A stretch of 54,810 bases of DNA, the filler included, from Circinaria calcarea (Eukaryota), in NCBI GenBank assembly GCA_051942165.1. It is 3 parts of 3 records of this genome, joined end to end, with 100 filler letters (N's around TTAATTAATTAA, not from the genome) between each part and the next. Parts side by side here need not be neighbours in the genome. Positions count along the whole stretch, not along the records: positions 18,411 to 36,596 come from JAVECS010000241.1; 2 more parts are not named here. One strand, given 5' to 3'. The notes under the pieces are model-generated. The model searched no databases and was not told the DNA's origin. It saw only the letters and a list, made by a program, of their open reading frames with translations. Positions within the stretch are counted from its first letter, which is position 1. The number at the start of each line of letters is the position of its first letter. Below, in pieces: positions 23,413 through 34,934 of the stretch. The position numbers were made by a program, and so were the translations under genes.

Positions 23413-25107
23413 ATGGCGGAAGGGATAGAGATGGTGGTGGGACCTGGGTTTCCCATAGTGGTGGACGAGGAGGGGGCAAACGCGCCAAAGCGCGCCGAGC
23501 AGCAAGAGGTTAGAGGAGGAGAGGAAGGAGGAGTGGAAGGTAGGTGCCAGGAAGAAGGCGCAGTACTGAAAGAGGTGAGTGGAAATGGGCCTATTCGGAC
23601 TAAACGCGTGGTGGCCACGCGTAAAGGACCGCTGGACAGACCAGCAAAGGAAGTGGAGGCGTTGGTGGAAAAGAAGACAGCAGGGCTGGTCAGTCAAGAC
23701 CAGATGACACAGCTGAGAGAGGAGATCCGTCTAGGAGTCACAGAGGAGGTGATCCAGATCAGAGCGGCATGCGAAAATGCCTTCAGAAAGCGTGAGGAGG
23801 ATCAGCAGCGAGATAACGCACTGCTGAAGCAAGAGATAGAGAGCCTGAAGCTCGAAATAAGGGAGCTACAAGCTAGGGGGTCGCCGTCACCACAGGCGCG
23901 ACAGACACAGCCCACCAGGGCCCCAAAACCCACCCCTACGCCGGCGGCGAGCAGGCAGGGAGTACCACCCGCAACCCCCGCAATACACGCGGGCCTAAGG
24001 GCAGCGGAACACCCGGAGGCCACCCAGGCCTATCAGAAAAAGAGCTTCGCCCAAGTGGCACAACAGAACTCAAAAGACACCCCGGGGGAGGGGTGGAAGG
24101 AGGTAGTACACGCGAGGGGAAAGAAGCAGGAGGCGAAGAAGACCAGCGTTGGACCTCAAGAGCCGATGGCAAGAAGGATGCTCTTTCCGAGGAGCTCAAA
24201 GGATGCGCCCAGGAAGGCGGAGGAAGATGTAGTGCTGGCAGTCAACGGGGTGCTGCAAAAATCAGGTGCCCCGCCCCATATAAGGGCTATAAGAGCTGGA
24301 TACTCAGCAACAGGGGCAATCTCAGTGTTACTGGGAGAGAAGGCGAACGCGGGCATGCTACTGCCCATATATAAAGATAGCCTCATCAGGGCCGTAAAAG
24401 AGGTGGACGCGGAGATAACCGGGATCCATGCCATAGAGCAATGGCACCGCTTGAGGGTGCATGGCCTATCGATGGATAGGTACTATGGAGCAGGGGGGAT
24501 GGAGCTGCTTCAAAAAGAAATCGAGATCAATACCGGAATTCAGCTGAAGGTTAGGCCCAGATGGCTGATTTCCGAGAAGAGGTTATGGGAGAGAAGAGCG
24601 GACGGCGGTAAAGCGAATTCCGCGGTCGTGATAACAGTGAGCGAGGAGAATGAGGCGAAGAGGCTCTGTAAGGAGGGGCTGAGCCTCGAAAAAGCGCCAA
24701 GATTCGTGGACAGATACTGGGAGGCGGGACCAGAAGCGATCTGCCCGATATGCTGCGGAGTAGGGCATGATAGGTTTGGAGGATGCGGGGGAAGGAGCCC
24801 TCGCTGCTCAATCTGTGCTAAGGAGCACAGAACAGAGGAACATAAGTGCCAGGTGGTGGGCTGCACGGCAAGCGCAGGAAGAACGTGCATACATGATGTC
24901 GTAAAGTGTGCAAACTGCGCAGGAAGGCATAGGGCGGTGGACGCGAAATGCCCAGTGAAGATTCAGGCAGGCGTAAAGGCGAAAAAAGCCAAGCTGGATC
25001 GAAGCGTGGAAATCGCAAAGAAGAAGCTCGTGGGGGTAGTAGTCTATAACCCAGCGAGAAATATCACCCCCCCCCCCCGCCATCAACCCAAGGGGAGGAT
25101 GAGGTGA
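23413..25107 (+). CDS. LINE ORF1 gag-like protein
   Basis: Coiled coil plus three zinc knuckles (CPICCGVGH...C, CSICAKEH...C, CANCAGRH...C). Confidence 0.88.
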   Translation: MAEGIEMVVGPGFPIVVDEEGANAPKRAEQQEVRGGEEGGVEGRCQEEGAVLKEVSGNGPIRTKRVVATRKGPLDRPAKEVEALVEKKTAGLVSQDQMTQLREEIRLGVTEEVIQIRAACENAFRKREEDQQRDNALLKQEIESLKLEIRELQARGSPSPQARQTQPTRAPKPTPTPAASRQGVPPATPAIHAGLRAAEHPEATQAYQKKSFAQVAQQNSKDTPGEGWKEVVHARGKKQEAKKTSVGPQEPMARRMLFPRSSKDAPRKAEEDVVLAVNGVLQKSGAPPHIRAIRAGYSATGAISVLLGEKANAGMLLPIYKDSLIRAVKEVDAEITGIHAIEQWHRLRVHGLSMDRYYGAGGMELLQKEIEINTGIQLKVRPRWLISEKRLWERRADGGKANSAVVITVSEENEAKRLCKEGLSLEKAPRFVDRYWEAGPEAICPICCGVGHDRFGGCGGRSPRCSICAKEHRTEEHKCQVVGCTASAGRTCIHDVVKCANCAGRHRAVDAKCPVKIQAGVKAKKAKLDRSVEIAKKKLVGVVVYNPARNITPPPRHQPKGRMR

Positions 25108-25163
25108 TGGAAGGCCAGGAAGCCATGGCGACCCAAGGGACCGAATGCCCAACTTATAGGATC

Positions 25164-28100
25164 ATGTTAATTATACAACAGAACTGCGGCAAAGGGTACG
25201 AACACACCATAGCGGCCCTGGAAGCAGCTCTGCAGCTGGGGGCAGGCATGGTATGCCTGCAAGAGCCCTTTATAGGGAAGAGAGACCTGGTCCACGCGGC
25301 TTTCAGCCAGTACTGGCCGGAGGGCCCCAGGAAGGAAGCAAGAGTGATGACCGCAATCAGGAAAGATATCCTTAATAGGGTAGTAGTGGATAACAGAACA
25401 GATCTTATAGCCCACCCTTATTTCTTGGCGGTGGATATTAGAGAAGTCAACCCACGCACCAAGAGGCCCGATCGAAGAACTCGGGTGATAAATGCATACG
25501 ATACCACTATTGGGGAGGGCCACACCTGGCAAGGACCCTCGCCAAGGGTGAGGAGAGCACTTCAGGATGTGAAGTGGCGAGCGGTGCTCCAAGGAAGAGC
25601 GCTGCTAGTGGGCGATCTCAACGCCCACAGCCAAGTCTGGAACCCAGGATGCGGAAGGCGCCTCAACGCAGCGCAGCTAGAAGGCCTTATTGAGGAGCAT
25701 GACTTGCTGATTAATAATGAGCCAGGGAGGTTCACGAGACCCGCCAGCAGAGCGGTGATAGACCTAGCCCTTACCACCGTAGAGCTGGGGCCTCTAACGC
25801 TCTGGAATATCCCGGAGGATTACCCATCTAGCTCTGATCATGAATTAATCCTCCTGGAATGGGAGGATCAAATCAGAGGCATTGATCAGAAAGAGGCTGG
25901 AGCAGCCACAGGCTGGAACGTACAAGCCTTAATAAAAGATGCGGAGCAGCTTCAGCTAGCTAAGGAATTCTGGCAGCAAGGGTCAAAGGGCAAGCCACAG
26001 CCGGCGACCGACTGCACCCAGGAAGAGCTCGATGCGGAGGTAGAATGGGTAGAAACTTATTTAGCCGGTACCCTAACCAAGCACACCAAGGTAATACGGA
26101 TCACCCCTTTTTCAAAAAGATGGTGGAACGGAGAGGTGGAGCAGGCAAGAAAGACGTTAGGTGCCGCGAAGAGGCGCTGGAAGGGCTATATCAGCGATGG
26201 AAACCAAAGGCTGCGCGAGGCCAGAAACGAGTATTACCGGACGATCAGGAAAGCGAAGAGACAATGCTGGCAATCCTTTTTGCAAGGGGACGCAGAGGTC
26301 ACCTCCGATCGAATTCAACAGGAAGACACGGATAGATGCTGGACGGCCCTGAGGTTCACTAACCCTAGAGCACAAGCTACAACCCCTGCGATGAGGAAGC
26401 CGGATGGGACTATGGCGGTTACCATAGAAGATAAAGAAGCCCTAATCCGAGCCTCAGCCTTCCCAGAACCACCTCAGAGCACTCCGAGAGCAGAAAGGAT
26501 CGGGCGAGGCATAGCTCACCAGTCGATCACTGCGGAAGCGATTCGCAGGGCCCTATTCGGGCAGGCGATTAAAAAAGCCCCAGGCCCAGATAAGCTAACC
26601 TTCAGGATATTAAGGCTGCTGTGGGATTGGGATGCGGAAAGGGTTGAACGGCTCATAAGGCATTCAATCCGGCTACAATACCACCCCAAGAGATGGAGGC
26701 TGGCGAGAGGGGTCCTGCTTAAGAAACCCGGTAAAGAGCCGCTAGTATACCTTACACCCAAAGGATACCGAGTTATCAGCCTGCTTAACTGCCTAGGGAA
26801 GGTAGTGGAGAAGACAGTAGCGGAAGAGCTGGCGATGGTATGCGAAGCAGGGATAAAGCTACATAAGGGGCAGATGGGCGCTAGAAAGAGAAGATGCGCA
26901 GTTGACGCCGTGGCAGCAATGCTGCATAAGGTTCAAGAAATATGGAGCCGAAAGCGCCTCGCAGGAGCATTATTCATGGACGTAAAGGGTGCCTTCCACC
27001 ACGTGAACAGCGATAAGCTGATCTACCGGATGCAAGAAATGGGAATTGATGATGATCTGATAGGTTGGACTAGGTCCTTTCTCACGGATCGTCGAGTAGA
27101 ACTTGTTATTGACGGGTGTATTAACCCGGAAAAGGCAGTAAACACAGGGATACCGCAGGGGTCACCCGTATCACCGACTCTATTTCTGATCTACCTGAGT
27201 GGAATGTTCACTGAAGTGGAGGAGGCGGCGCCAGGAATCACTCGCTATCCTTCGTAGATGATTTGGGATTTATTGCCGAAGGAGGCTCCGCAATGGAAAT
27301 TGCAGCCACGCTGGAAACGGTGGGCAAAGAGGTAATTCAATGGGGTCTGGAAAACGCGGTTAGCTATGACGTGGATAAAACGGAAGCAGTGCTGTTTACC
27401 AAAGCCAAAGCCACCAATCGAAGAAGAATGATCCGAAGCTCCAAATTCCGAATAGGGGCCAAGACAGTGGCCTTCAATGAAGAGGCAACTAGATGGTTAG
27501 GAGTTTTTATCGACTCCGGCCTTCAATTAAAAGCTCACTCTGAACACCGGATGAGGAAAGCAAAAGCCGCGGAGGCGAGGCTGAAAGGAATAGTAGGCAC
27601 GCATGGACTCACCCCGGGGCTAGTACGGCGGATACAGATAGCAGCGGTCCAGGCGACGGCGTTATACGGCGCGGAATTATGGTGGAAAGGGCAAGCGAAG
27701 CAAGAAAAGGATATGCAAAAGCTGGTAAATCGCCAGGCCAGAGCAATAACTGGAATGTTTCGCAGCACCCCAGAAGCCTTGATAATAAGAGAGGCGGGCC
27801 TGACGCCGGCAAAAGCTTTGCTGAATGCCAGACAAAGAGGGTACGGAGGGAGGCTTTTAAGCTTACCAGACGGCCACCCCACCAAGGAAATCCTGCCTAT
27901 CACACTGATAAAGGGCGATGGCGCTGCCCAGCCGGGCGAGCAACCAATCGGCGATACCGACTGGGCAGTAGGAAGGGGCCAGAACACACTGGGCCACTAT
28001 CTAGCGAGGCAATTGGCTACCCAAGGCGCCATTGACCCCGCAGAAGGAGTGGAGCCAATAGTGGAGACCCGGCCAAAACCATATCCAGGAGGGATTATTA

Positions 28101-28911
28101 TACCACCCACGGAGCAAGCGCTCGAAGAAGCAAGAGAACCCCGCCTCGGCCTAATACTATGGTCGGATGGATCAAGACTGGAACATGGGGGGGTAGGAGC
28201 TGCGGCTGCATGGAAGCGGGAATCAACCTGGCATACATGCAAAACATCGCTGGGAAAAAGTAAGGAAATTTTCGATGCCGAGCTTTGGGGGGTCTCTGAC
28301 GCCCTGGAAGTGGCACTGAATATAGCAAGAAATCAAGAAGCGGTTACTATCTTCCTCGACTCTCAAGCCGCTATCAAGATGTGGAAGTGGGTGGGGGTTT
28401 TAGGTGTGACTGAGCTGTTATGGATTTAAGTGGATTGATGAGAGCAATGCTTGAATTGATTTGATGACTATGAATAGTCTTGTATTATGTGGCTTGCGCC
28501 TTGAATGTGCAGTTGTCTGCTTGTATATGTATGCAATGTCTATTGCTTGGTTTTTGTATGCTCTATGCTCTATGCTCTATGCTCTATGGAATTAGGTGGT
28601 GGGAAGAAAACAGCGCTTTTATATGTGCCATAACACGCTAGTGATAGCGTGGCGCGTTCACCTGTTGAAGTGCCAACTGCAACACTTGCCTGGCGCTGTG
28701 ACGCCATGCCCAGTTTGACACAAGAAGATAAGAAACGCCGACAGTGGAGCCGGGCAGGCAATGGCGAGCCAGATCCATGAAAGAACTCGGCAACTCATGA
28801 GTAGAGGGCATACCGTAGTAATACGATGGGTCCCCGGCCATGCAGGGGTTGAGGGAAATGAAGTAGCGGATCAAGCCGCGAAGCAAGCTGCAGAGGGTAA
28901 AGGGAGGAAGG
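25164..28911 (+). pseudogene. LINE ORF2 (AP endonuclease, reverse transcriptase, RNase H), disrupted
   Basis: APE motifs QQNC, LQEP, GDLNAH, IDL, SDH. RT motifs GIPQGSPVSP and SFVDD (after a frameshift at ~27243). RNase H WSDGS...DSQAAI|...WVPGHAGVEGNEVADQAAK is split by the LTR. Confidence 0.92.
28380..28720. mobile_element. Solo LTR (341 bp) with 5-bp target-site duplication CAAGA
   Basis: Ends are TG...CA. CAAGA occurs at 28375-28379 and 28721-28725. Removing the LTR and one TSD copy restores the RNase H frame. Confidence 0.92.
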
Positions 28912-31900
28912 TAACAACATCCATTTGTTCCACATGCCAGTTATAATGCGCAGCCAGTGCGAAAAGTATTTTCACCGTAGCTGTCTTGACGACTGAGGCA
29001 AAGGTTTCATCATAATCGATGCCCTCGATCTGTTCATAGCCTTTGACAACCCACCTGGCTTTGTGTTTGATGGCGCCCATTGGCAGCTCTTTCTCCTTGT
29101 AAACCCACTTACCTTTTAGCACTTTTGCGTGCTTTGGACGTGCCACCAAGCTCCATGTGTGATTCTCCTCATGAGAGCGTAGTTCAGCTTCCATAGCCTG
29201 GTTCCATTCCTCTGATTTGGAACTCCCAATGGCGTCCTTGTAGGTCGCAGGTGTATGCAGTTTAAGCTCTGCTTTTGCTACTCTGGCGAAGCCTTCACCC
29301 ACCTTCTTGCCATATGTGCACCTTTGCAAATCACGTAAGCCTAAGCGCTTTCGTGGCGAAGGCGGCGGAATGGTGTCAGGAGAGGACTGCGGAGCAGAAA
29401 ATCCTAATCGTATAGATTCATAGATCCTGCTGCCGTCAATATCAAGCGTATAACTTCCGTGTTCATCTTGTCCGCCGAAGGCTATATCATCCTCTTGATC
29501 TAAGTCGTCCATTTCGTCATTGGTGCCGAAGTTCTAAACATCGAGGTCCTCGTTCAGCTCATTCGTAATCTCCTGCGGCAGCTGTAGCTGCTGCTGATGG
29601 CTCAGAAATCACTGAGTGTCCTCCTCAATGATATTAGAAGTGGCTTCAGCTTGCTTCCTGCCGGGAATCGAAAACGATACACTATTCACCCCGTTTTCGA
29701 GAAAGATTTCTGGCAGGATTAGCTCTGTGATATCAATTCCGAAACCATCAATTGCTCCCACTACTTCTGTAAGCAGTGTATCCCATTTAAAACTTCCAGA
29801 TTCATTGAATATAACATCGCGGCGTATATAAATCTTGCTTTTGATGGGGTCCCATATCCTGTATTAATTAGTGCCTTCGTAGCCCAGTAGTATGCCTTTC
29901 CATACTCTGGCTACCATCTTTCCAGCAGCTTTACTCTTTTCGTTAAAAACGTAGACATCACAGCCGAAAACTCGTAGCTTGCTGAAATCTAGTTTCTTCT
30001 TCTCCAGAGCCTCGTACGGTGTCATTATCAGCGCCGAGGTGAGTAATCTGTTTAATATATAGATCACGAAATTCATAGCTTCTACCCACAGCTTGGCTGA
30101 CAGACCAGCAGCTAATAGATTTGTTCGAGCCTTCTTAATAATGGTTCGAATCGATCTCTCGCTCACGCTATTTTATGATTGATTGTACGGAGCTGAGATT
30201 TCTGCCTGTATGCCTTCCTGTTCGAAGTAGGGCTTTATTATAATGAATTCACCCCCTCCGTCGCTCCGCCATTTGGCGATGATAAAGCCGTATTGGTTTC
30301 GAATTATTGGAACGAATTTCTTAACCTTTGCGAGGGCTTGACTTTTTTTAGCCATTGATATGAACCACCGATAACATGTGGCATTGTTAATTATGACCAA
30401 GAAGTAACGGCTGCCTCTATATGTAGGTAGGGTCTTGCCTCCGCCGCCAAGATCTGAATGGAAATGGTATCCTGGCGTTACGGACCTCATCATTGGGCGT
30501 GTACTGGGCTGTCAATATGACTTGCTCAGTACACATGGCTCGCAGAATAAATGGTTACCCCCTAGAGCCTTGATGTTAATACCTGTAGCCATTGTAGCTA
30601 GCTTCCGTATATCAGCTACATTCAAATGACTCAGTCGACGGTGTCATAACTCCAAATCTAGCTTAATAGCCGTTTTAAAGCTGGCATGGAGTAGGTTTTC
30701 TTCAACCACATACTATATGGCGTGGGCTTTGCTCAGCGTTAAACAATAAAAATTACCTGAACGTGCACCTTCCAGTGCAACCTCGCAGTCATCTAATACA
30801 CCTAAATATCCATTCTTTCCAAGAAAGCTATACCCCTTTATTTTGAAACTTCCTAATGACAGCAGGTTGCTTTCGAGCTCAGAACAATAATAGACATCCT
30901 TGACGTCGATATCCTAATCAACGCCATCGATTTGGACATGCAGGATGATGGTTCTATAACCAGAGACTCTAATCTTGGAGCCATCTGCGAGGTAAATATC
31001 CTTATTACTTTAATTAAATAATTCGGCGAAAATGGTAAGATCGTGCGTCATATGCGCTGAAACTGCTAAATTAAGATATTATTCCGGATCTTTGGCATTT
31101 ACCAACTTTACTGATCCAGCGCGTACGAATATAGAACGATTCTTCTTTTTATTCTTATTCTCCTTATCACTCTTTTTTGCATCATTCGCCTTCGGATTCT
31201 TCGGATTCTTTTTCAGTTCCTTGATCCTTTCCTTATTCTTCTCTCTCTATTCTTCTGTGCCCAGCTTAGGGTGTGTAAATTAATAAGTAAATTATTGGTG
31301 GTTAATATAGCCATATATATAACACCAATTACCTTTTATTTCTCCCCTTTCTTTCTTCTTGTCTGATTTCGAACCCCTTGAGTTCGGCCTTTTATTGTTC
31401 GTTTTTATTCCTTTCACTGCGTCCTTGGTATCGATTATAGCGGAACGAAGCTCTTATTATATAAACTAGTTAATGACTTCGTCCAGCTCCGAATCCTTAA
31501 CCCTATCTTCCGCATTTTTCTGATTGAGGTTGAGGTTGAGCATTTATGTGACAAAACTGGTGTAGCCGTCACTTAGACCATAGAGAAAGATCGATATTTA
31601 AAAGAAATCTAGAAGGGCTTTGCCTATATCTTTTAGCTTGGTCTTTGTTTTTTTGATTTCGTTAGCAAACTTAATTAATGTGGAGTAGTCCTTAGCTGTC
31701 TGATTCTTCCATATCTTTCCAAGTGCCTGGTATACCGCGGTGTATCCAGTGATTTCGTATTTTTGTTTCAAGAAGTCCATTTGCTCCTTTGATGATTCTA
31801 ATATTAATTTACCGAGTTAATTTCTAGAGATCTCTTCCAGAGTTATCTCTAGCAGCCCTAGTGTACGTCTATATTTCGTGTTATATTTATCAAGCTTTCG

Positions 31901-32370
31901 CTCATAGTACTCCTGACGATCTTCGTACTTTGAGTTATATTTTGGATTATCCACAGGCACGGTGGGCTGCGCTGGCGGCGTCGGTTTGATTGTCTCACTA
32001 GTGAACAGCTCCCATATTCTATTGAGGCGTGCAATTGCTCGTGTGGACTTGTACCATGCCTCATAGTTTTCAGCTCCTTTAAACTTCACTATTTGGCTGA
32101 GCCCTTGAAGGGAATTTGATATTTTGTCTGTCGAAAAACGGGGATGAATGAGCTATTAGTATGTGAATTATCAAGCCCTTCTCCACTTTCTCTCCTGTTT
32201 CTTTGGAACCTGCATTCCTTCTCCTATTTGTGAGTAAGGGGCTACTTCTTCAGTCCTTTGACGTTGGAAGTGGTTGGGAGCGGCGTATTGCTTTTCCGTG
32301 TGATATGATTGGGTGTTGCCTATGGCAACCGGGCAGCAAGTAAACACCTATGTGTTACTGGAAGAGCCCG

Positions 32371-32381
32371 GGCTCATAACC
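32371..32381 (-). promoter_or_regulatory. Primer-binding site, half-tRNA-iMet type
   Basis: Minus strand GGTTATGAGCC immediately follows the LTR-terminal ...TTATCA, as in Ty5/copia-type elements. Confidence 0.8.
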
Positions 32382-32630
32382 TGATAAAATGCCTACGGTC
32401 ACGTTGTGCCTGGGCATTTGCAAGGGGTATTGAATGGTATGAAGCTATCGAAATACTATGGATCTGCAGTAGTATTTATGATAGCCATGACCCTGTAGCT
32501 TGCCCACTTGATGCGGAGCAGCAAACGAATGAATAAAGGTTTCTTTGAACCTCCGGGAATGCAATGCATTGAATGCGCGCATGTGCAGAACCTCTGCGCG
32601 CATACCCATGCCTTCTACCATATTCCAACA
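32382..32630 (-). repeat. 5' LTR of the copia element (249 bp)
   Basis: Minus strand begins TGTTGGAATA and ends TTATCA, abutting the PBS. Confidence 0.82.
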
Positions 32631-34934
32631 CAGGGTCTCTTGTATCGCTCCTCAGGAGCGGACTCGTTCACTTGATTTCTCTCTTCTCCAAAATTGTGTC
32701 TAGTTTCTCCGTCGTCTTCGCCAAGGATTTCTCAGGAGCGGACCCATCCACCCCCTTTTCGTAATCGCTGTCACTCTCGCTCTTAGGATCCACCATCTCT
32801 ACCTCATTCTCCTTGTTATGGCTGCCTTTGTCGCTGCGGCTTTTGTCGTTGCTGCTCTCGCTTTGTTTGGCACGTCTCCTGTATAGATAGAGGTTATTAC
32901 CAGTAAAAGGCATGAAGATATTGCAAACTGACTGTTGTTGCTTGTCCACCCAACGCCACCTTTCATCCATTTGTGTGTGTCTCCGTCCCGCCCGTCGATT
33001 GTTACCGAATTGATCTTTTGTCCTGCTATTTCGTTTTCGTACACATTTACCCGCCATGGCAAGATTCCCTGTTCATTGCGTCTGGCAGTGCTGTTAGAAT
33101 AGGCCATGTCTTTTCAAGGCATCAATTAGAATTCTACGAACAGGGTAGAACAGCCGACGGTGGTTGGGAAGCAGCCACACCTTTCACTCTTTATCTAGTG
33201 GTTGCCAGTAACGGTATCCGCCGGTGCCATAGGAGTATCATGATTCTAGACAAGAAAGGGGAATACGGAGTATCTTGTAAAACTACAGAGTATCGAAGTC
33301 GAGAGCATGCAGTACGTCGTGGCTAAGCTTAGCGCCGGGACTGGGGGAATGAGTATCCGTACAGTGTAGGCCCATAGGCAGCATTCTTCATTTTCAGCAA
33401 CGCATAGAATAAACTTGCCAAACATATAGGTCATAATACCCTTAAGATCAGATCTAATACTAATATTTCCTCCGTTCGCCACGAAACAACGTATCGTTAC
33501 TCCTAACCTAGGTGACGTTCTTTAAATAATATTAATAATTTAATCGGTTAATTCTATTGGGAGAATAAATATCTCGGATAAATTTAATAGCTTGCTCGAA
33601 TTTTTGAGTCTGAGTCCCGAGTCCAGCCCCCACCAAAATAGGTCATCCCTATTCGCATTTTGCTCGGTGATTTTTCTTTCGGGATTTTGCGTGTGGTAGG
33701 CGATAAAAGAAACGACCAGGCTTCCCTTCGGTTATTTCTAAAGCACATTAATTTTTTCACTTATTAAAACATGGATTTTTTTAAACGTGGGAGTTAAAAA
33801 CATCAGTAAAGTGAGAGTTTATTTGATTTTAATAAATCTGATGGAAGTGCGCTTGCTATGGCTATTTATAGCTTCAAGATTTAACACTTTAAAAATACTG
33901 TTTCACTGCGGGCTTTGAAGGCCTTCCAGTCGCTTTGATAGCCTTGTTTTTATTAGCAAAATGCTTCGCCCCCACTTTTTAGCTGGCAGCTGGTAGCTGG
34001 TAGCCTTTCAGCGTCTTTACACCCTTCCTTACTCTCCTTTTCTCCGTCTGCCGCATTCTGGATTTCTCCTCGATTAATCTGTTATTTCAGCCTTGGCAAG
34101 CAGAACCATCCTTCCTCCCTTACCATTTACACTATCTCGGCATACAATCGAACAAACACATTAGCTTTGCCCCCCCCGCCGGCAATCTCCAATACTTCGG
34201 GGGAGAAGAAGACCAAAAGAAATGCAAAGCCTTCGCCCACGACCCTCGAACGCATTTCAAAGCTGTAAGCGATAGATAGTTGCAAGTCCTGCACGGCTAT
34301 CTATCAAAAGGGGAAACCCTCTGCCTCGTCCCCAAGGACGGGACGAAACCCCGTTTCGAACCTTCGAGGGGCTAGGGAAAACGTTTATCCTCCATGTTAT
34401 TAAAAGGTCTCTATGATACGGTGACGGGAAACTTCCTTCCCCCGCAAAGCGTTGGAGTGCCGGCTGATCGATTGTGTTCGCTTTTCTTGACGGCGGAATC
34501 CCAGAGAAAAATCCACAATGTAGTGAGAAGACACCTTTTTCGACCACTTCCCATTCCCGCCTTTTGTGGGAAAGCAGGAGTTTTTACGTACCTCCTTATT
34601 GTTCCCTGGATGTTTTCGTACCTTGGCATGAAATTGCAAGGTAAGAACTCGCTCGGGTTGATGGTATTCACAATTGGCACCTTCGTGGAAACGGCTTTCG
34701 GATGACTTTGTTAATTCCGCCTGATCGTCACTAAAAATCTTGAAACTCAAAATAATAATTTACAATATAATAAGCAGAATGTCAGTAAATATAAACTAGT
34801 GTTAGAGAGATTATAAGATTATATATTATAAAGCGCGATTCTAACAATCTGGCTATAGCTCTTTTCGCCACGTCTTATAAACTGGTGATCGATTCTCAAT
34901 TAGTGCTATGTGACGAATATTACAGTTCAAAGAA

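Larger units (their letters stand above)
23361..28911 (+). mobile_element. Fungal non-LTR retrotransposon (Tad-like LINE), 3'-truncated and interrupted by a solo LTR
   Basis: Gag-like ORF1 followed by APE-RT-RNase H ORF2. The 5' boundary is approximate. Confidence 0.93.
28912..32630 (-). mobile_element. Ty1/copia LTR retrotransposon, degenerate, truncated within RT
   Basis: Order is gag (KFKGAENYEAW), protease, integrase (L*HRRLSH, CEPC, HSDLGG, RSDGGGEF, ERSIRTI), RT (KARWVVKGYEQIEGIDYDETFA...QMDVVT). Many premature stops. Confidence 0.93.

Noticed and set aside
32631..34900. Short ORFs and a possible decayed transposon or pseudogene
   Set aside because: No diagnostic motif, terminal repeat or consistent gene model was found by eye.
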